This document shows, piece by piece, positions 29,598 to 39,115 of a stretch of 39,115 nucleotides of DNA. Source of the stretch: an uncultured Akkermansia sp. GTDB taxonomy: Bacteria > Verrucomicrobiota > Verrucomicrobiia > Verrucomicrobiales > DEV007. Location of the stretch: assembly GCA_964435425.1 (NCBI GenBank), contig CAYSZN010000001.1:9513-48627 (forward strand), given 5' to 3'. Position 1 is the stretch's first letter; every line of letters starts with the position of its first letter. The position numbers and the translations under genes are program-made. A model generated the notes under the pieces. The model did not search any database. It was not told where the DNA came from and saw only the letters and a program-made list of their open reading frames with translations.

Positions 29598-30413
29598 GTG
29601 GACCAGAACGGCTACCGCAAGGGGCCCGTCCTGCTGCGGGGCGACCAGGTCCCGACCACCACGAGCGACCAGCGGCTGCTGCGCCCGGACGGCGACACGG
29701 ACTGGCTCCACGCGGACCCGTGGCGCGTCATGCGGATCCAGAGCGAGTTCGTCGAGGGCTTCGGTGCGCTCGCGGAGGTCGGTCCCGCGGTGAGCGTGTT
29801 CGGCTCGGCCCGCACGAAGCCCGACGACCCCTTCTACGGCCTCGCCGAGGAGGTCGCCGCGGAGCTCGTCAAGGCCGGGTACGCCGTCATCACGGGCGGT
29901 GGCCCCGGGATCATGGAGGCGGGCAACAAGGGCGCGAGGGAGGCCGGCGGTCTCTCGGTGGGCCTCGGCATCGAGCTGCCCTTCGAGCAGGGCATGAACC
30001 CGTACGTCGACCTCGGCGTGAACTTCCGCTACTTCTTCGCCCGCAAGACGATGTTCGTCAAGTACGCCCAGGGCTTCGTGATCCTGCCCGGTGGCTTCGG
30101 CACGCTCGACGAGACGTTCGAGGCACTCACGCTCGTGCAGACGCACAAGGTGACGGGCTTCCCCATCGTGCTCGTCGGCAGCGCGTTCTGGGGCGGGATG
30201 CTCGACTGGTTGCGCGGCACGGTCGCCGACGCCGGGATGATCTCGCGCAAGGACCTCGACCTCATCGAGGTGGTCGACGACGCCGAGAGCGCCGTGCGGT
30301 ACATCATCGAGCGGAGCGCCGAGCTGCGCGCCGCCGAGGAGGCCGCGGCGCAGGGCAACGCCGACGCCCAGGAGGCGGCCGAGCGGGCCGGCGACGGTCC
30401 CTACGAGGGCTGA
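29598..30413 (+). CDS. LOG family (TIGR00730) nucleotide phosphoribohydrolase
   Basis: [39 protein letters not shown]. Confidence 0.93.
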   Translation: MDQNGYRKGPVLLRGDQVPTTTSDQRLLRPDGDTDWLHADPWRVMRIQSEFVEGFGALAEVGPAVSVFGSARTKPDDPFYGLAEEVAAELVKAGYAVITGGGPGIMEAGNKGAREAGGLSVGLGIELPFEQGMNPYVDLGVNFRYFFARKTMFVKYAQGFVILPGGFGTLDETFEALTLVQTHKVTGFPIVLVGSAFWGGMLDWLRGTVADAGMISRKDLDLIEVVDDAESAVRYIIERSAELRAAEEAAAQGNADAQEAAERAGDGPYEG

Positions 30414-30417
30414 GCCG

Positions 30418-31287
30418 GTGGCCACGCTGCGGTTGCGGGGCCGCGAGCTCGACCTCGCACGCGGGGTCGTCATGGCTATCGTCAACCGCACGACGGACTC
30501 GTTCTACGCCGCGGCACGGTTCGTCGACGACGACGCCGCGATCGCCGCCGTCGAGCGGGTCGTCGCCGAGGGTGCCGAGATCGTCGACGTCGGGGGCATC
30601 CGTGCCGGCCGGGGACCGCGGGTCGAGCCCGACGAGGAGATCGCACGCGTGGTGCCCTTCGTCGCCGCCGTGCGCGAACGCTTCCCCGACGTGCTCGTCA
30701 GCGTCGACACGTGGCGGGCCGACGTCGCGCGCGAGGCGGCCCGGGCCGGTGCCGACCTCATCAACGACACGTGGGCGGGCCACGACCCGCGCCTCGCGGA
30801 GGTCGCGGCGGCCGAGGGGGTCGGCGTCGTCGTCACGCACACGGGGGGCGCGCTGCCCCGCACGGACCCGCTCCGGGTCGCCTACCCGGGCGGCGTGCTC
30901 GCCGACGTGCTCGCCCGGCTCGGGACCGCTGCCCGTCGCGCCGTCGACCTCGGCGTCGACCCGGCGGCCGTCCTCGTCGACCCGACGCACGACTTCGGGA
31001 AGAACACGTGGCACTCCCTCGAGCTCGTCCGTCACACCGCACGGCTCGTCGAGCTCGGGTTCCCCGTCCTCATGGCGCTCTCGCGCAAGGACTTCGTCGG
31101 GGAGACCCTCGGGCTCGAGGTCGACGACCGGCTCGAGGGCACGCTCGCGGCGACCGCGATCGCCGCGTGGCAGGGCGCCGGGGTGTTCCGGGCCCACGAC
31201 GTCGCCGCGACCCGGCGCACGCTCGACATGGTCGCGGCCGTGCGCGGGGACCTCGCCCCCGCGCGCGCCGTCCGCGGGCTCGCGTGA
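30418..31287 (+). CDS. folP: Dihydropteroate synthase homologue (FolP2 type)
   Basis: MAIVNRTTDSFY, SVDT, LINDTW, DPTHDFGK, SRKDF, FRAHDV. Confidence 0.9.
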   Translation: MATLRLRGRELDLARGVVMAIVNRTTDSFYAAARFVDDDAAIAAVERVVAEGAEIVDVGGIRAGRGPRVEPDEEIARVVPFVAAVRERFPDVLVSVDTWRADVAREAARAGADLINDTWAGHDPRLAEVAAAEGVGVVVTHTGGALPRTDPLRVAYPGGVLADVLARLGTAARRAVDLGVDPAAVLVDPTHDFGKNTWHSLELVRHTARLVELGFPVLMALSRKDFVGETLGLEVDDRLEGTLAATAIAAWQGAGVFRAHDVAATRRTLDMVAAVRGDLAPARAVRGLA

Positions 31288-31330
31288 ACTAGACTGGTGG
31301 GCAGTACCAGCGAGCTGAAGGAGTCAAGGC

Positions 31331-31498
31331 ATGGCCGCGATGAAGCCGAGGACCGGAGACGGACCCCTTGAGGTGAGCAAGGAAGGCCGCGGCATCGTCA
31401 TGCGTGTCCCTCTCGAAGGGGGTGGCCGCCTCGTCGTCGAGCTCAACGCGACGGAGGCCGCCGAGCTCGGTGAGGCCCTGACCTCGGTCGTCAGCTAG
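31331..31498 (+). CDS. DUF3117 small conserved actinobacterial protein (55 aa; missing from ORF track)
   Basis: Manual translation [68 protein letters not shown] -10 candidate upstream. Confidence 0.93.
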   Translation: MAAMKPRTGDGPLEVSKEGRGIVMRVPLEGGGRLVVELNATEAAELGEALTSVVS

Positions 31499-32127
31499 CG
31501 CCGCACCCCGACGAGCAGGCCGTCACCGCTCGGCAGCATCGCGGGCAGCACGCGCTCGTCCTTCGCGAGGTTGCGACCCACGTCGCGCATCGTCGTCGTC
31601 GTCGTGTCCCGTCGTGCGGGGTCCGCGACGCGGTCGTGCCACAGCGCGTTGTCGACGGCGAGCACCCCGCCCGGCCGCAGCAGCCGTAGCGCCTGCTCGA
31701 CGTACTCGGGCGTCGACTCCTTGTCGGCGTCGACGAGCACGAGGTCGTACGCCCCGTCCGTGAGCCGGGGCAGCACCTCGAGCGCGCGACCGCCGATGAG
31801 GCGCGTCCGCGTCGGGCGCACCCCCTCCTCCGTGAACGCCTCGCGGGCGGCGCGCTGGTGCTCCACCTCGAGATCGATCGACGTCAGGACGCCGTCCTCG
31901 GCCATGGCGCGCAGCAGGTAGAGCCCGCTCACGCCGGCCCCCGTGCCGATCTCGACCACGGCGCGGGCGCCGAGGGTCGCGGCGAGCACGGCGAGCGCAG
32001 CTCCCGCGCCGGGCATGACGGGGGTGCAGCCGAGCTGGTCGGCGCGCTCGCGGGCGCGCAGCAGGATCTCGTCCTCGGCGAGGAACTCCTCGGCGTAGTA
32101 CCAGCTGGGGGTCTTGTCGGTGGAGAT
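31495..32127 (-). CDS. SAM-dependent O-methyltransferase (Rv1220c-like), probable ATC start
   Basis: [42 protein letters not shown]5-ATC at 32127. Confidence 0.88.
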   Translation of the reverse strand: MSTDKTPSWYYAEEFLAEDEILLRARERADQLGCTPVMPGAGAALAVLAATLGARAVVEIGTGAGVSGLYLLRAMAEDGVLTSIDLEVEHQRAAREAFTEEGVRPTRTRLIGGRALEVLPRLTDGAYDLVLVDADKESTPEYVEQALRLLRPGGVLAVDNALWHDRVADPARRDTTTTTMRDVGRNLAKDERVLPAMLPSGDGLLVGVRR

Positions 32128-32199
32128 GGCTGCCTCCGCAGGTGCGTGGGGCGCAAGGTGCGTCCGCTCGGATCGTACTCGGGCCCGTGGCACCCCGCC

Positions 32200-32226
32200 G
32201 GAACACGACGGGCGGGCCGGACGTTG
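32200..32226 (+). promoter_or_regulatory. ECF sigma (SigE/SigH/SigR-type) promoter upstream of sigE
   Basis: GGAAC (32200-32204) -N18- GTT (32223-32225) within CGTTG. Confidence 0.75.
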
Positions 32227-32307
32227 GGCAAGCAGGTGAGGGTGCTCAGGAAGTTCCCAGCAACCTCGGGAACAATGGCAAGCCACACCGGTGGAAGGAG
32301 GTCGCTC

Positions 32308-32871
32308 GTGACGCACGTCGCCGACTTCGACGAGCCGCAGGCCTGGACGGCACCCTCGTGGGAACAGATCGTCGAGGAGCACTCGCCCCGCGTCTTCCGG
32401 CTCGCCTACCGTCTCACGGGCAACCAGCACGACGCCGAGGACCTGACGCAAGAGACCTTCGTGCGCGTGTTCCGCTCGCTCTCGACGTACCAGCCCGGCA
32501 CCTTCGAGGGCTGGCTGCACCGCATCACCACGAACCTCTTCCTCGACCAGGTGCGGCGCAAGAACCGCATCCGCTTCGAGGCGCTCGCCGACGACGGCGG
32601 CGCGCAGCTCGTGTCCCCCGTGGGCCGGGGCACTCCGGAGCGGGGCTTCGAGCACGCCAACCTCGACTACGACATCCAGGCCGCGCTCGACGCGCTGAGC
32701 CCCGAGTACCGCGCCGCCGTCGTGCTGTGCGACATCGAGGGGCTGTCCTACGAGGAGATCGCCGCGACGCTCGGCATCAAGATGGGCACCGTGCGCTCGC
32801 GCATCCACCGGGCCCGCGCCCAGCTCCGCGAGTCGCTCGCCCACCGTGCCACCCCCGTGGAGGTCCGCTGA
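32308..32871 (+). CDS. sigE: ECF RNA polymerase sigma factor SigE
   Basis: [69 protein letters not shown]; sigE-rseA-htrA-tatB order. Confidence 0.95.
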   Translation: MTHVADFDEPQAWTAPSWEQIVEEHSPRVFRLAYRLTGNQHDAEDLTQETFVRVFRSLSTYQPGTFEGWLHRITTNLFLDQVRRKNRIRFEALADDGGAQLVSPVGRGTPERGFEHANLDYDIQAALDALSPEYRAAVVLCDIEGLSYEEIAATLGIKMGTVRSRIHRARAQLRESLAHRATPVEVR

Positions 32872-32872
32872 C

Positions 32873-33711
32873 ATGGCGCACCTGGGGTATCTGCTCACGG
32901 CGCTCGCGGACGGTCAGCTGTCCCCGGCGACCGCGGAGAAGGTGCTCGAGCACGTCGCCTCGTGCCGCCCGTGCGCCGCCGAGCTCGCCGCCGAGCGTCG
33001 TGCGCGCCGCATGCTGGCCGACTCCTCGTGCGCCGACGTTCCCGCGGACCTGGCCGCACGGTTGCGCACGATCGGCGAGCAGCCCGTGCCCGCGGCGCCC
33101 ACCGTCGCGCAGCCGCACCCGTACCGTCGGCTCGGCGCGCTCACGGCCGTGGGCTCGCTCGTCGGGGCCTCGGCACTGGCCACCGCGCTCTTCGTCGTCG
33201 GCGGACCGCGCGACACGGTCCCCGCGTTCACGGACTCCGGCGCCCTCGCGAGCCTCGGGCTCGTCTCCGACGCCCCCCGCGTCTCGAGCGCTGCGGCGGC
33301 CACGACGGCCGCGACCTTCGTGACCGCGGCAGCGCCGACGGCGACCGAGCTGCCCGACGGCGTGTTCACCGTGACCGCGCAGCGGCCCCTCGTGGACGAC
33401 CGTGGCAGCGTCGTCGAGCTCGTGGGTCGGGGTGGCCACGTGGTCCTCGCGACCCAGTCGGGCCGGCTCGACGCCGCGAGCGTGGCGCACCTCGAGCCCG
33501 TCGAGCACTCGGGAGCGGCGCTCTACGTCCTGACGACCGAGCCCTTCCACGCGGTGTGGCAGTCCGGCGAGCACGTCGTGGAGCTCGTCACCGACCTGCC
33601 GTCGCAGCAGGTGGGCGAGCTCGTGGCACACTTCCCCGCGGACGAGTACGACGTCGGACCGCTCGCGCGCCTCGCGCGGGGCTGGTCGGTAGTGACCGGA
33701 GGCAAGACCAG

Positions 33712-33715
<4 letters not shown>
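32873..33715 (+). CDS. Zinc-binding (ZAS) membrane anti-sigma factor, RseA-like
   Basis: HLG...DGQL...HVASCRPC (HxxxCxxC), central TM, extracytoplasmic C-terminus; directly after sigE. Confidence 0.85.
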
Positions 33716-35028
<1,313 letters not shown>

Positions 35029-35051
35029 CGCGGCCCGGTTAGCCTGGATCC

Positions 35052-37056
<2,005 letters not shown>

Positions 37057-37057
37057 C

Positions 37058-38710
37058 GTGCAGCGCTGGCGCGCCCGTGCCATGGCCCTCGTGGCGTACG
37101 CCCGGGCGACCCGGGTGGGGCGCGCGCTGACCCACTTCGGTGCCCAGGGCGGCGGAGTCCTGTCGGGCGGGATCGCGTACGCCGCCGTGTTCTCGGTCTT
37201 CGCGGCGCTCGCGATCGCCTTCACCGTGGGGCTCGCGGTGCTCGGCGGCAACCCCGAGCTGCGCGACGCCTTCCTCGAACAGCTCGCGGGCTGGCTTCCC
37301 GGGCTCGTCGGGGAGGGTGGGCTCCTCGGCCCGGACGACCTCCGGCTCACCGTAGGCCCCGGCATCACGGGCGTGATCGCCACCGGGGTGCTCGTGTGGA
37401 GCGCTAGCGCGTTCATGGGTGCCCTCGGGGCGGGCTTGCGGACCATGGTCGACCAGACCACGCCGCGCGGGCGGCAGCTGCCCGGGGTCGTGCGAACGTG
37501 GGCGGGCTTCCTCGGCCTCGGGGTGGGACTGCTCGTGTCCACGGTGGCCTCCGTCGCCGTGACGCAGGTGGCCGCGCTCGCGGGGCAGTGGGCGGTGCGG
37601 GCCGGCGGCGCGCTCGTGTCGTTCGTGGTGGACGCGGCGATGTTCGCGTTCGTGCTCGTCGTGGTCGCGGGGATCCGGCCGGCCCGGCGTGACCTGTTCG
37701 TGGGGTCCGCTCTGGCGGCGCTCGCGTTCGGGGTCGTGCGGTATCTCGGGGTCGGAGTCGTGGCGGCGTCGTCGTCGGCCAACGCCTTGCTCGCCCCCTT
37801 CGCCGTGCTCGTGACCCTCCTCGTCTGGATCAACCTGCTCGCGCGTATCGCGCTGCTCGTCACGGCGTGGGTGGCCGACCCGCAGGTCGAGGTCCCGTTG
37901 CCCGGGGGGAACGTGGGTGGCGCCGTGCGCGTGGGCGACACGGTGCGCCGACCCACGGGGGAGTGGACGCCCGCGGTGCACGAGCTGCTGGGGCACGTGC
38001 GCCGTGCGGGGCTCGACGCCGTGCCGCGCGTCATCGGGATCGACGCGCAGGGGCGCGAGGTGCTGACGTACCTGCCCGGCCGGCCCGTCGACCTCACCGC
38101 GACGACCCCGGGTCAGCTGCGGGCCGCCGCGGCGTGGCTCGGCCGGTTCCACCTCGCCGTCGCGGGCTTCCGCCCCGGCGAGCGGCGGTGGCGTTTCGTG
38201 GAGCGGGCGCCGGGTGCGCGCGAGATCATCTGCCACCACGACGCGACGCTCTACAACATGGTGTTCGACGGCGATCGCCTGACCGGGGTGCTCGACTGGG
38301 ACGTCGCGGGCCCCGGGGTGCCCCTCGACGATCTCGCGATCCTCGCGTGGAGCGGGTTGCCGCTCTACCCCGAGCGGCCTGACGAGGAGGTGCTCGAGCG
38401 GCTCGAGGTGCTCGTGGCGGGCTACGCCGAGGGTCTCGCCCATGGCGCCGCGCCCAGGCGCAGGCGGTGGTCGCGGCTGCGGGGCCCACGCGTGCGCCCC
38501 GCGACGGCGCGCGAGGTGCTCGAGCACGTCGTGCCCCGGATGACCGCCGGGACCGACCGCATCGAGGCGGGCCAGCGCGCGGGCGACGAGGGCATGCGCA
38601 ACCTCCTCAAGGTTGACGAGCCGGCCCGCACGCGCGCCCAGCTCGCCACCTACCGCGGGTCCCGCCTCCCGGCACTCCTGGCCAACCTCGCCCGGACACC
38701 GGCCCCCTGA
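37058..38710 (+). CDS. YihY/BrkB membrane domain fused to aminoglycoside-phosphotransferase-like kinase domain
   Basis: N-terminal ~275 aa: LSGGIAYAAVFS...LLVWINLLARIALL; C-terminal: GGNVG..VRVGDTVRRP, HHDATLYN, VLDWD. Confidence 0.8.
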   Translation: MQRWRARAMALVAYARATRVGRALTHFGAQGGGVLSGGIAYAAVFSVFAALAIAFTVGLAVLGGNPELRDAFLEQLAGWLPGLVGEGGLLGPDDLRLTVGPGITGVIATGVLVWSASAFMGALGAGLRTMVDQTTPRGRQLPGVVRTWAGFLGLGVGLLVSTVASVAVTQVAALAGQWAVRAGGALVSFVVDAAMFAFVLVVVAGIRPARRDLFVGSALAALAFGVVRYLGVGVVAASSSANALLAPFAVLVTLLVWINLLARIALLVTAWVADPQVEVPLPGGNVGGAVRVGDTVRRPTGEWTPAVHELLGHVRRAGLDAVPRVIGIDAQGREVLTYLPGRPVDLTATTPGQLRAAAAWLGRFHLAVAGFRPGERRWRFVERAPGAREIICHHDATLYNMVFDGDRLTGVLDWDVAGPGVPLDDLAILAWSGLPLYPERPDEEVLERLEVLVAGYAEGLAHGAAPRRRRWSRLRGPRVRPATAREVLEHVVPRMTAGTDRIEAGQRAGDEGMRNLLKVDEPARTRAQLATYRGSRLPALLANLARTPAP

Positions 38711-38797
38711 CTACGCACTCCCGCCTCGGGCCCGGCTCCTGGCTCGTGTGACCGGAAGCGGCCGTCGCCTGCTCGGCGTCACGGCATGGGGGAAGAG

Positions 38798-39115
38798 CTA
38801 GTAGGCGCGCGTCACCATGGCGCGCTTGACCTCTTGGATGGCCTTCGTGACCTCGATGCCTCGAGGGCACGCCTCGGTGCAGTTGAAGATCGTGCGGCAG
38901 CGCCACACGCCTTCCTTGTCGTTGAGGATCTCGAGGCGCTGGGTCGAGGCGTCGTCGCGCGAGTCGAAGATGAAGCGGTGCGCGTTGACGATCGCGGCAG
39001 GCCCGAAGTACTGCCCGTCCGTCCAGAAGACGGGGCACGACGACGTGCACGCGGCGCACAGAATGCACTTCGTGGTGTCGTCGAAGCGCTCGCGCTGCTC
39101 GGCGGACTGCAGACG
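38798..39115 (-). CDS. sdhB: Succinate dehydrogenase iron-sulfur subunit (3' part; start outside window)
   Basis: Manual translation ...KCILCAACTSSCP...GPAAIV.AHRFIFDSRD...WRCRTIFNCTEACPRGI...VKRAMVTRAY*. Confidence 0.96.
   Translation of the reverse strand, partial: RLQSAEQRERFDDTTKCILCAACTSSCPVFWTDGQYFGPAAIVNAHRFIFDSRDDASTQRLEILNDKEGVWRCRTIFNCTEACPRGIEVTKAIQEVKRAMVTRAY

Noticed and set aside
37886..38710. Aminoglycoside resistance gene
   Set aside because: Only generic APH/choline-kinase fold motifs; substrate cannot be inferred

Overview
High-GC actinobacterial chromosome segment, probably Micrococcales (a Cellulomonas/Sanguibacter-like lineage; inferred from gene order and protein style, not from a marker search). 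Both flanks are conserved housekeeping backbone. Left: peptide ABC ATPase, BCCT transporter, typA, mshB-like deacetylase, flavin reductase, VanW protein, fdxA, dapC, gltA, pcm. Right: dapD, dapE, LOG, folP2, DUF3117, O-methyltransferase, sigE, anti-sigma, htrA, tatB, trpS, 2H-phosphoesterase, a YihY-kinase fusion and the 3' end of sdhB. Between them (about 11.9-25.0 kb) lies an accessory iron-acquisition locus: a siderophore-type ABC importer, a Fes-like esterase, a FadR/GntR regulator and four secreted or surface proteins. Three of those proteins share a repeated ~100-130 aa beta-rich module that I cannot assign to HtaA or NEAT; the fourth is a YncE-like beta-propeller. The three promoters driving these uptake and surface-protein genes each carry a DtxR/IdeR box paired with a second palindrome, TCA(T/A)C-N-GATGA-like, suggesting dual iron and ligand control. 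Next to it is a proteobacterial-type ferrochelatase plus ybaN cassette. Other notable signals are a probable ATC start codon, a CRP/GlxR site upstream of gltA, an ECF-sigma promoter upstream of sigE and several leaderless genes. No rRNA, tRNA, CRISPR array or IS element was recognised.
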